From a virus (taxonomy: Duplodnaviria; Caudoviricetes), in IMG/VR virus record IMGVR_UViG_3300025392_000096, positions 1-34,549 of that record: a stretch of DNA of 34,549 bases; one strand, given 5' to 3'. Under the pieces are notes generated by a model. The model worked only from the letters and a program-made list of their open reading frames with translations. It ran no database searches and had not been told where the DNA came from. A program made the position numbers and the translations under genes. This document shows, one piece after another, positions 17,198-28,300 of this stretch; position 1 is the first letter of the stretch; each line of letters starts with the position of its first letter.

Positions 17198-17809
17198 TTA
17201 TACTCCTACCAATCCAGTTAAACTTTGAATACGTACAGTATAATCAATCTGTATTAAACGATTTAAACTCTTAAGTACTGGGTGGAAAATAACATGAGTC
17301 AATAATAGTCCTGTTCCAGCACTATTATAACTGACTAGACCTAGTTCATCAAAAACAGCAGGACTAGAATTGTTGTTTACATTATCAAATGCGCTTTGTC
17401 CGGTGATATTTTCACCGTAGTCTAATAAACAAGTTACAAACAAATCAGTATAGTTTGTTCCAGTTGTGTGACGAGTTTCAATAAAGTTTCTTGTTGGGTC
17501 TACGTTATTACTTGAATTCTGATTAACTACTTTAGCATAAGTTGTATTATACAAACTTGCGTTAGTTCCACTAGTATTTGGTGTAAGATATGTAATAATT
17601 CCAGTTGGATCTATGCTAGTTCCGCCGTTACCGAACGCCATTTGATAAACAAACCCGTTTCCACTATCTGCTAAACTCTGTGCCAGGGCTACACTGATAT
17701 TTTCGTAGTGAATCGCATTGCGCTTGTCAATGAAGATTTCTTTGGATTCAGGATCATATATTTTAATATGACCTTCAATATGTATTCCTGTCTGATCTTT
17801 AGTCTGCAT
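17198..17809 (-). CDS. Putative baseplate/tail structural protein, about 203 aa
   Basis: EGHIKIYD..., FDELGL, LLTHVIFHPV.KS.NR.IQIDYTVRI. Start reassigned to ATG 17809 (GAGAG RBS). Confidence 0.7.
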   Translation of the reverse strand: MQTKDQTGIHIEGHIKIYDPESKEIFIDKRNAIHYENISVALAQSLADSGNGFVYQMAFGNGGTSIDPTGIITYLTPNTSGTNASLYNTTYAKVVNQNSSNNVDPTRNFIETRHTTGTNYTDLFVTCLLDYGENITGQSAFDNVNNNSSPAVFDELGLVSYNSAGTGLLLTHVIFHPVLKSLNRLIQIDYTVRIQSLTGLVGV

Positions 17810-17829
17810 AGTCAACTCTCTTTATCTAA

Positions 17830-17837
17830 TATTTATC
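17830..17837 (-). promoter_or_regulatory. GATAAATA late-promoter-like motif
   Basis: 20 nt upstream of ATG 17809, immediately after the protease gene. Confidence 0.55.
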
Positions 17838-17861
17838 AATGTTTAAAATGTGCTAGTTTTA

Positions 17862-19499
17862 TTAACGAGCACCGGTTGTTTTCCTAGGATAAGCTGATCC
17901 GCTAGCAGGTCTAAATCCGTAATTTTGTTTAGGAAATGTACTGCCTGTGTGAAAATACTTGTAAATTTGATCAGCTTTAGGGCTACCTAATCCTGTAACG
18001 GCATCCCAACCGGCAGTACAAGCATACCCAGTAGTATAACCATTTCGATTGTTACCTGTAGTTGTATCAGTGAATAAGGTACTACTATTACTATAAAATG
18101 TTGCCATATTAAACGGTATTCTATAACCTAATAATTGTGTTAAACGTACCCATAATCCTGCTAGGAAAGGAGCCGATGCGCTTGTGCCGCCGTATTGTAC
18201 TAGCGTTCCTTGAGCTCCACTTGTTCCGCCAATATAAAATTGCCAGCCTGTGTTTGGATCTGCTGGCGCACTCCAATCAGGAACTCCGCGATGTGCCAGT
18301 GCTGTAGCTGTGCCTAAACCTGTAGCATTACCGCCTGTAGTTGTAGTATAAGTTAAACCTGATTGCCAACTTGGAACTGCGATACTAGCACTTTGTCCGC
18401 CGCCTGTAGATCCACCAGTGGCACCTGTAGAACTCCCCCAGGCAACTTCGCTAGTTATTTGATTTGAACCGTTGAGTGTTATGTTAGTTCCTCCAGCACT
18501 TACTACATACTGACTACAGCAAGTAGCGGCCATACTTAAATTAACGGCACCCGAGTCGCCTGAACTAACAAAGACTGTTATACCTTTTACTACACAAGAT
18601 TGAAAAGCAGTATCATATTGTGTACCGTCTCCAATACCCCAACTGATACTTAGTACACTAGGATTGTTGACTGTGTCGTTGACTGCGGCATTAATACAAT
18701 CATTAATATAAACTGTTCCGCCGTTAGGAGCAGTATAGTATGCTATCTTTGCTCGAGGTGCGGCAGCTCCAGAACAGTAAATGTCCAACATACTTTCAGC
18801 TGTACTAGTAGAACTGAATATAGGACTATCAACTAATACTGTAGTAATTGTAGGTGGTGTTAAACCAATACGATTGAAACTTGCTGTTACGTCTGGTTGA
18901 TACCAACCTTCATTATATCCAGGATTACTAATCGCACTAAGAGTTAGTTCAAATATACCAATACATCCGCCATATCCGTCTCCGGCTGGTGCGTTATATG
19001 CTGTACACATTTGCGGAGGTGTAACAGGACTTGAACCATATGTACTGCCTATATCTGGATTTGTTGTCGAATCATGTTTAACTAGTTGGCGGCCAGCTAT
19101 AAAACTTTGATCAAAGCCAAGTACATCTCTGACTACAGAAGATATTGCTTGGGGAATTACTACAGGTGCTTTATTTTTTAAATATGTTCTGCCGTTACTT
19201 GTTATTTCTTCAACAGTTACAGAAAATAAATCACCAAGTTGCCCTAGTGTTCCTTGTACTTTTACAGTTGCTATAGCCGATTCTGCCAATAATACTGTTA
19301 ATTTATTGGCAGTTGCCCAATCGGTCACTACTTTTAAATCAGCATCAGTCACTCCAAACTGGTTATCAAACTCGGCATGGTCCAATATTGGTTGAGTTCC
19401 TGCTAATACCGCATCGGCATATTGTTTTAACGACATGCCATTATCATGTGTATCATGATTAAGGTATATACTAACTTGGAATAGTTGATTGTAGTCCAT
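17862..19499 (-). CDS. Sedolisin/kumamolisin-family (S53) serine-carboxyl peptidase with prodomain, 545 aa
   Basis: Pro-kumamolisin-like N-terminus; ESMLD (catalytic Glu/Asp), SISWG, SGDSG (oxyanion Asp), RGVPD, GGTSASAP (Ser nucleophile), Ca site D...GNN...GWDAVTGLGSP. Confidence 0.92.
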   Translation of the reverse strand: MDYNQLFQVSIYLNHDTHDNGMSLKQYADAVLAGTQPILDHAEFDNQFGVTDADLKVVTDWATANKLTVLLAESAIATVKVQGTLGQLGDLFSVTVEEITSNGRTYLKNKAPVVIPQAISSVVRDVLGFDQSFIAGRQLVKHDSTTNPDIGSTYGSSPVTPPQMCTAYNAPAGDGYGGCIGIFELTLSAISNPGYNEGWYQPDVTASFNRIGLTPPTITTVLVDSPIFSSTSTAESMLDIYCSGAAAPRAKIAYYTAPNGGTVYINDCINAAVNDTVNNPSVLSISWGIGDGTQYDTAFQSCVVKGITVFVSSGDSGAVNLSMAATCCSQYVVSAGGTNITLNGSNQITSEVAWGSSTGATGGSTGGGQSASIAVPSWQSGLTYTTTTGGNATGLGTATALAHRGVPDWSAPADPNTGWQFYIGGTSGAQGTLVQYGGTSASAPFLAGLWVRLTQLLGYRIPFNMATFYSNSSTLFTDTTTGNNRNGYTTGYACTAGWDAVTGLGSPKADQIYKYFHTGSTFPKQNYGFRPASGSAYPRKTTGAR

Positions 19500-19500
19500 A

Positions 19501-22308
19501 TTAAACTTCTAATTTTAAATATGTTATTGTTACAGTTACAGTTCCGGTAGATCCGCTGTTATTATAAATCTTCAAATACATATTTGAACTAACAGTTCCA
19601 TCTGCGTTGTAACCATATACTGCTGGAGTAAAATATGTTGTTGTAGCAGTAGTAGTAATTGCTTCACAAATTACGCCGCTTCCAGGAGTTGGATCAGTAG
19701 TAATGCTTCTTCCACTATCGCTAGATTGAGCTGAAGAACTTGTATAAACAGTTACCCACGCTCCACGATCAACTTGGATACTATACAAAGCGTATCCTTT
19801 TGCCGCGGTTACTGTTGCGGTAGCACTAGCGGCATTTGCTAAACTTGCTGTAGTTGTTGCTACAGTTGTACGGCTTTGTAGTCCCACAGCCGTTGATGTT
19901 GTTGAAATAATACCGCCAACAATTTGTATAGTGTTTCCGTCAACTTTAACACCGCCTAGTACTGTTGAAGTAGCTGTTGGTAATGTATATTGAGTAGCAC
20001 TTACGACTCCACTGCCATTAATAGTAACTGTTGTACCGTCAACTTTGACCCCACCCAAGACTGAAGTACTAGCAGTTGGTAATGAATAAGGAGCAGCCAC
20101 GCTGATGACTCCACCTGAATCAATAGTTACATTTGATCCTTGTTTGACACCGCCTAATACTGATGCTGTAGCTATCGGCAATGTGTAAGTGTTTGCTCCG
20201 CTAATAACACCACTGCCGTTAATAGTAATAGTAGTACCGTCAACTTTAACGCCGCCTAATACTGATGTTGTTGCTGTTGGTAATGTGTATGTTGAAAGAT
20301 TACTAATTACACCGCTACCATTAATTGTAATAGTTGTACCGTCTACCTTAACACCACCTAATATACTAGTTGTTGCTGTTGGCAACACATAGTTTGTATA
20401 GTTAGCACTGATAATACCGCTAGCGTTAATTGTAACTGTATTACCGTCACCTTTGACACCGCCTAACACACTAGTTGTTGCTATAGGCAATGTATAAGAA
20501 CTTGTACTACTAATAACGCCGCTACCATTAATTGTAATAGTTGTGCCGTCAATTTTGACTCCACCTAACGAATTGGTACTAGCAGTTGGTAATATTGTTT
20601 GTACAGCACTAATTACTCCGTTAGCAACTGTAATGGTTGTACCATCTACCTTAACTCCACCTAGTACTGTTGTACTGGCAGTTGGTAATGAATATTGAAC
20701 TGCTGGCGTAAATGTAAACACGCCTGTACTACTATTATAACCAAGGGCGCCGCCGCCAGCTGGGCTAATAGTTAGTATGCTTAGATTTCCATATTGTAAC
20801 GGAGTATATCCCAATGCCGTAGTAACTTGATTACTAGTAAGAACATTGGAAGCAATACTGGTCACTGTGCCAGCATTTCCGCTAACACTACCATTAATAG
20901 TATTAGTTACTGTTAAATTTGTCAGTGTACCAACACTAGTTAAACTTGAATTAATAACATTTGCCGATAGTGTTGTACCTGTCAATGCGTTAGCAGACGG
21001 TGCCGCACCGCCTGGAATTTGTTGCCACGTGGTACCATTATAAATTACATAATCGCCAGCGTTGAATGTATATCCTAATGCTGTTCCACCAACACTTACA
21101 GCATATTCCCATCCTGCTGTACCTGTACCGTTAGCCAGTGTAGGTGTGTTATTACTGGCATTCCAAGTACCTTTAAATATAACTGCGCCTGTTAAACTAG
21201 AAGGAATTTGTGCCGCAGTTAATTTACCACTGCTGTCTAGTGTAGCAATACCGCTATTTTGTCCTATAGTAGCTACTGCCGGAACGCTGATTGTACCATT
21301 GTTAATTGTAACACTAGTACCGTCTACTTTAACGCCACCTACTACACTAGTTGTTGCTGTTGGCAATGTATAAACTGCTGGTGGAGTAAATGTAAATACT
21401 CCTGTTGAACTACTGTAAGCTAAACTACCAGTACCGCTTGGGCTATTTGTTGTAACACTAAATGCTGTTAAATTAATATAACTACTAGGATTAGTATTGC
21501 TGTAAGGTGTATAACCTAGTGCTGTTGTAATTTGACTACTAGTCAAAGTTCCTACAGAAATAATACCATTATTAATACCGATTGTAGTTCCATCTACTTT
21601 AACACCGCCTAACAAACCAGTAGTAGCTGTTGGTAATATATAAGCTGTTGAACTGATAACACCACTACCATTAATTGTAATTGTTGTACCGTCAACTTTA
21701 ACGCCACCTAATGCACTAGTTGTTGCTGTTGGTAATGAATAGTTTGTGTAACTGGTAATAATTCCGTTACTGATTTTGATAGTTGTGCCATCAACTTTGA
21801 CGCCACCTAATATGCTGGTTGTTGCTGTAGGAAGACTGTATGCGCCTGGAACTGCGCTAATAATACCATTAGAAATAGTAATAGTAGTACCGTCTGGTTT
21901 TACGCCACCAATTTGATTAGTACTAGCAACTCCAAGATATGCTGTTGACTGTGTGCTGTTATCTTGGAATTTTAATGTTGGAACAGTTAATGCCGCTGTA
22001 TTTGGCGCAGTAATAGCAGGATTTAAACTTGTAAAAATTAAGCCGCTTGGAGTATTTAGGTTTCCAGAAGTGTCTACATAAGTTATGTATTGGGCATTAC
22101 TTATACTGTTTAATTGTTGCCAGTTAGCACTAGTACCATTAGTAATTAGTATTTTTCCAGCATTGCCCAGTTGATTGGGCAGGCCTAGTTGAGCTATATT
22201 GGCATATACCTCTGTAAAATTAGCATTTATTTTTAGGCCAGCTGTACGCAGACTATCACCAGAGTGATCGCCTGCTATAGTACCTGTATTAATGATCTGT
22301 TGCGCCAT
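19501..22308 (-). CDS. Repeat-rich fibre protein with T4 gp9/gp10-like N-terminal motif, about 935 aa
   Basis: MAQQIINTG..GD.SGDSLR..G.KINANF.EVY; 13 LPxA..LGGVKVDG repeats. Start reassigned to ATG 22308 (AAGGA RBS, just after the upstream stop). Confidence 0.85.
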   Translation of the reverse strand: MAQQIINTGTIAGDHSGDSLRTAGLKINANFTEVYANIAQLGLPNQLGNAGKILITNGTSANWQQLNSISNAQYITYVDTSGNLNTPSGLIFTSLNPAITAPNTAALTVPTLKFQDNSTQSTAYLGVASTNQIGGVKPDGTTITISNGIISAVPGAYSLPTATTSILGGVKVDGTTIKISNGIITSYTNYSLPTATTSALGGVKVDGTTITINGSGVISSTAYILPTATTGLLGGVKVDGTTIGINNGIISVGTLTSSQITTALGYTPYSNTNPSSYINLTAFSVTTNSPSGTGSLAYSSSTGVFTFTPPAVYTLPTATTSVVGGVKVDGTSVTINNGTISVPAVATIGQNSGIATLDSSGKLTAAQIPSSLTGAVIFKGTWNASNNTPTLANGTGTAGWEYAVSVGGTALGYTFNAGDYVIYNGTTWQQIPGGAAPSANALTGTTLSANVINSSLTSVGTLTNLTVTNTINGSVSGNAGTVTSIASNVLTSNQVTTALGYTPLQYGNLSILTISPAGGGALGYNSSTGVFTFTPAVQYSLPTASTTVLGGVKVDGTTITVANGVISAVQTILPTASTNSLGGVKIDGTTITINGSGVISSTSSYTLPIATTSVLGGVKGDGNTVTINASGIISANYTNYVLPTATTSILGGVKVDGTTITINGSGVISNLSTYTLPTATTSVLGGVKVDGTTITINGSGVISGANTYTLPIATASVLGGVKQGSNVTIDSGGVISVAAPYSLPTASTSVLGGVKVDGTTVTINGSGVVSATQYTLPTATSTVLGGVKVDGNTIQIVGGIISTTSTAVGLQSRTTVATTTASLANAASATATVTAAKGYALYSIQVDRGAWVTVYTSSSAQSSDSGRSITTDPTPGSGVICEAITTTATTTYFTPAVYGYNADGTVSSNMYLKIYNNSGSTGTVTVTITYLKLEV
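19904..21933 (-). repeat. 13 degenerate, about 33-aa coding repeats (LPTATTSxLGGVKVDGTTITINGSGVIS) in blocks of 4+1+8
   Basis: Counted in the translation; the DNA copies differ largely at synonymous sites. Confidence 0.9.
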
Positions 22309-22312
22309 TTTA

Positions 22313-25300
22313 TTATCCTTGATCGAATGTTTGTCCTGAACTGTCCATAGTGTCTCCAGCACTATCAAATGTTCCGGTTGGTGTAGTACTTATCTGCTTG
22401 TACTCACTATACCAGATGCCCGGTACAGCTCTTAAGAACTGTCCAACGGTGGATGTATCATTTAATACTCCGACTGACGGAGCGTTTACTGGATCTACTT
22501 TTGTGCCGTTTTTGTTTCCGTCCCATTGTGTTCCAGTACGTTTTATCACAGTTATCTGTGTTCCAAAATCTATTTGATTGGTCAATGTTATTGCCGCAGT
22601 TTGTCCATCTACTGTAAAGTCAGCTGGGAATGTTACATCACCTTCTGGACTGTCTGGAGCATTATTGATATTAAACACCTTGTAAGATGTTTTCTTCAAT
22701 CTACGATTACCAATAAAGAATTTCCAGTTGGCTATATCATCGAAGAATGTAGTGCTAGTGTGTGCTTGTATACATCTGTAGGCATAAGGACCTTGGTTAA
22801 CAATAGCACCAACTGAGTAAGCAACGTTAGTAGACCACTCGTTACCGTCATTGTATCCACCAACAAATACCTCAAGCTGATCAACACTAGTTGGAATAAA
22901 GTTTAACGGAACTGTTAAGCTACCATCACTAATAATATGCTGTACTATTTGTGTATCGGTATACGGAATTGTTTCTGCGGATCCTACATCTTGTACAAAA
23001 GTTCCAGCTATTACTTGCGTATTAATACCAGTACCTAGTGTTCCTCTACGCAATTGACTTAGAGTATTACCGTTTTTAGCAAAATATTCAATACGCTCGC
23101 CCCTAATTTCGATGGCGCCTGGTTTATTTTTACTAGGGTTTGGATCATCAAAGTTACTGGCATCTGCTAGAACAATGCTTGTACTATTCCAATTTAAATT
23201 TTGAGCCAATGTGGTTTGTTTGACAGCACTTAGTCTCTTATAAGTGGTACGGTTCAGCATGTCTTTGAACTGCATGTAAGCAACACCAGGAGTCAATACA
23301 TTAGATCCAAATGTTATCAATGTAATCTTATCTGAATTCAATAACGGAGTAGCTAATGTAATACTTTGACGATCGTCGTTTAATTTATATTCAGTTGTTG
23401 GTGTTAATAACAATGAATTTTTAATCACCCATACATAGTAATCACTAATAACTGGACGGTCTAGACTGATCAATCCGCCAGCGGCTTCTTGGTAGTAATA
23501 GTAACTGGCAGTATTAGGTGTTAATTGTGCTACACTACTTACATTAATTACTGTTCGTTGAATATCTAAAATATCATGTTGATAGCTACTGATAACTTGT
23601 ACCAAATGTGTATTATCGTATGCTTGACTAAAAGTGATTTGTCGTGTGCTGGCATTATAGGTATAACCTTGTCCTGTTACAACACTAACTACTAGAGTTT
23701 TTCCTTTATAAGCATTATATACTGTCTTGGTTATCTTAATTGTAATACCTCCAAGATCTACAATATAATCAGTTCCAGGTTTCAATGTTGTGTTACCTAC
23801 TAAAACATTAATATCTGCGATACCAACACTATAAGGAACAAACTTAACTGGATCAATGTTATAATTTAATCTGTTGCTACCAATTGTAAAGTAGCTGTTG
23901 TCTGGAGCAGATAATATATTCTGGTCCACACGAACAATCATACTAGATTCATTTGGTAAACTATTACCAATCTGGTTATTCAATGTATAAGTCAGTGACC
24001 CGTTTGTGGCAATTGTTTCTACTTTAGTAATAGCAAATGTTTGTTGAGTTCCAGACACTATTACAAAACTAATCAATGCTCCGGCAGCTGGTGCGCTGGT
24101 AAATCTAAAAGCAATACCGTTAGCAAACGCATAAGAACTGTTAGTTTCAAAAATTTGAGGATTTGAAACCACACCGTCTATGTATACTAGTGTTGTAAAT
24201 AACGACTGATATGTAGCATTAGTAACGAACTCAGTAGTGTATCCGTCGCCTATAAAGTGGTCAATTTCTAATATGTTACTTCCGTTGAAGCCGATACTGA
24301 ATAAACTAACTTGTGTATTGGCTGCTGGAGCAGAATTGAATACTATTAAACGGTTTCTAAAATCTACTGTATAGTCAGTAGTTAATGTGGCAATTGTATC
24401 ATTTAATTTTACAATTACTGCGCCTGTGCCGTTTGGTTGTTGGCTTAAACTGAAATTTACGGTACTGCCGTCAGCAATATAGTTGTCTGTACGCATAGTT
24501 GCGCTACCGCTACTTGGTCTATCAAATACTTTAATAGCAACTGTATCTACTACTTGTCCTGGAACAACTTCTTCTGGAGCATAGCTACTTGCTGTGCTTA
24601 CAAAGTCGTCACCGTCAACTATAATATCGTCGGCTGCCAAACCTGTAGCTGTAGCATACACCCCATTTAATGCGCTAGTGTCGCCGCCGCTCAAGCTAGT
24701 GTCAAAGTCTGTTTGTTTAGGACTTACACTACCATCGCTAGTTGCTTGTCTAATAATAAACTGATCACCAGCATTAACTACAAACGCACTTGAACTAGCA
24801 CTTCCGCCATCATCTACAACTGTTACTGACGAACTGCTAGCATTGCCGCCGTCGTCTACTTCAGTGTCAAGAGTTGTAAAGCTGGCGCCACCGTCTACTA
24901 AGTTATAAGGAGCAGGTATATTAAATGTCTTAGATACTACTCCTACACTATCAGGCATACCGTTAGATAAGAATGTATTTACAATAGCATTTTTATTATA
25001 ACTAGGTATCAATCCTGTAGCTGTTAATATAGCGTTAGCTACAACTTGTAAATCGCTCGGAGCACGAGACAATGTTGGAGCTATTACTGTTAAAGTAGGT
25101 TTATTCAACGCACCAACAATAGAAGATAATCGTGTAATATTGTTGCTAATACTAGTACTAGCTATGAATCCGCCTGTTAAAGTTAGATCGATATACTGAG
25201 TGAATACATTTTGTAAAGGAGTCACTGCTGTATTAGTAATAATTCCCTGTAATAATGTATTAAAACGTGTATAAATTCCTGTCCAAGCCTTAGTTAAGTT

Positions 25301-28300
25301 AACTCTCAATGCACTACTTGAAGACCAATATTTCAATCCTGCTTGAGTAATAGTGCTATTTCCACCATAAGTTAAGTCGTATATCAAACTCCATACTTCA
25401 TACTGTATATTTGATTGGTAAGCATTATGATCGTAATTGGCGGTTGGATAATTTGCTGTAATATAAGCAACCATCTCAGCTTGTATGAATGGAATATTAT
25501 CTTCTAATAAAGATCCGGCATTAATATAACCTGCTCCTAATCCCGCAGGAGGAGGAAACTCAGGAGTTGGAATTACTCCGTTATTAGTTTGATCAATAAT
25601 ACCTACAATACTAGTTAAATTAGTATTGATTGTCTGTACAGCAGTAGTATTGGCAGCAACCGCAGGTATTGCTAAAATCTTATTAACTATAGTAGACACA
25701 CTATATGCTGTAGTAACAGCATCAAACCCATATGTTGTTACTTGATTTAAAATTTCAAGTCCTACGAATAAAGTTTGTATGTTGTTGACTAGTCCTGGTG
25801 TAGTAAATGCCGTGTCATACGCAGATGCTGTGACTATGTCTGATATGAATGGGAAAATATTATAATACGGATCATCTAATCTTACAGGACTTTGTTTTCC
25901 AATAATATTAATAACAGTACCAGCAAATATTTTACTGTTGGATAAATTGGTCAATACTATAGTACCATCAGATTTAATTGTAACATCTGTTGGTTGAACT
26001 AGTGTTCTAGTAAATGTTACATAAGTACCTGCTGAGATATCAGCATAAATGATATTGCTCAATGTAACAGTTGTACTATTAACAATAGCAGATACTGTAG
26101 TATTATAAGCAAACACATTTAAATTAACTAGTGTAACAACATCTCCAACCTTTAATGTTTGAGTATTTGAAACTGTAAGAGTAGCACTACCTCTAGTACC
26201 AGTTGTAGATAAATTGTTTGTTACAGTTACATACGGCAAGCTATCTCGTAAGTTATAATTATAAATTTTTGTAGCACCATCTGACTGATAAGAATCAGTG
26301 TGAGTTTGTGTTCTGTAGATAGTTAATTGTGTTCCAGCCGCTGGAGTATAAGGTAAAGTAAATGTGTTTGTATTAGCACTTACTACTACGTTATAGTCGG
26401 TAAAAGTTTCATCATAACTGTCCCACTTATCAGAGAAGAAAGGCAAACTATCCCAACCGTTGGCTATTTGGAATCCAATACCGTCAATTATTACACCGCC
26501 ATAGTCTATACCAGTCATCAATTGTGCTAAATCTTTACCTAAATCTCCAGACTCTGAATTATACAAATATTGTATTCTATCAGTAGCTTTTAATAATGCT
26601 TGATCAATATTGTATGTAACACTGATTGTTGCTCCTTTAGCAGGTGCGGTATTAAACTGTATAATTCCCGAATAAGTTGTGTATCCTTTAATTGTAGATT
26701 TTACAACCGATAGTGTATAGCTATCTCGCAAAGCTAATATATTATTGATTAATACACTGCTTTGACCTATGATAACATCAGGACCCCATACTAACTTAAA
26801 TTGTTGTTGGTTACCAGTTCCAGTGAATACTTCTGTTTTTGTTCGCTGTGTGATAAAATATGTGTCATCAACACGGTCAAATTTCATACCAATCAGTGTG
26901 CTACGAACAACGGTATCACCTATAATTGCTACTGCTTGTGCTGGTGTACCGCCTTGTAATAGGCCGCCGCTAATAGTAATAGTAGGCGCACTTAAGTAAC
27001 CGCTACCACTAGCACCAAAATCATCAACATTAGTTAAGATAATTCTATTAACTTGACCATTAGATATTAGCGCACGGGCTGAAGCATCAGAGCCGCTTGA
27101 ACTTGTAAATATCACCTGTGGTTCAGTTACATAATTACTGCCGCCGCTGACTAATTTTATATCAATAACTTTGAAGCCTGCGTTGTCTAACCAGAATTTC
27201 CAAGGATAATTTTGTATGTTAGCATCGCCCGAACCTACAACTCCATTATTAATATAAGTGTTTATTACACTAATAGCATTATTTTCATATATAGGTAGCA
27301 GATCGAAGTCAGTAATAGGTAACTGTGCTGGATCAACACTTTCATAATTACTGATATATTCTCTTACTTTAGTCTTATAAGGTTTAACTTCGTTTACATA
27401 ATCTTCAAAGTTAGCTAAATTATCAGGTTTATAAGTTACTGGTTGATCTAATGCTCCAACATTATGCTGTGCTTTGACAAAACTAGTTTTAAAGATCCAA
27501 TCTACATAAGGTTGCTCACTAAGAGCATATCTTACACTGGCAAAGAATAAATCGTTGTACACACCATTAAGATTATTATCCTGTGTGAAGATTTTATTCT
27601 TTAATGTATCTAAAATAATTCTTAATTCAGTGTCTGCTACTTTATCAAACCCGTTTGTATCAAAAATTGTATTATCAAAACCTAAATCAGTATTGGCTAA
27701 CTTATAAAGATTACTGCTTAACTGTATAGTTCCGTTTTGTATACCAACAGTAGCATAACTTTGTGTCCAATCTACACTTGTACTATCGGCATATTTGTAT
27801 AATAATTCCCAGCCGCCAGCATTGGTAGTTCTTACTTTAACTGTATCTCCGATTGAAGTTTGTAAAGAATTTAAATCTGCTAGTGTTGCTACAGAATATT
27901 TTGCCACTGTAAATTGTGTGGCTGTAAACATTACCTTGCCAGAAGAATCTGTATAAGAACCATACCAATCTGCGTAGTTCCAATATTCTCTTACATCATA
28001 ACGTTGTGTAAGAGTTCGTGTCCAAGATTTTTGTACAGGATCGTAACTATAAATGCTCCAGTTATTACTAGCTTGGCTATCGCTTTGTACCAAAGCACTA
28101 TAATCTCTTACTGATACAGTAGTGGCATCATTATAACCTTCACCGGAAGCAACTATTACTACACCTACAATTTGGCCTTTAGTATTAATTACTGATTGAA
28201 CAATGGCCCCTTGACCTGCTCCAGATATATTAAGATAAGGTGCTATTAAATATCCTTTTCCGGATGAAATTATATTAATTCCTGTAATTCTGCCATCGGC

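Noticed and set aside
19904-21933. Repeats as a CRISPR array or a DGR template/variable repeat
   Set aside because: They are in-frame coding repeats with synonymous variation. There are no identical repeats with unique spacers, no adenine-specific pattern noticed, and no cas or reverse transcriptase gene in the window.
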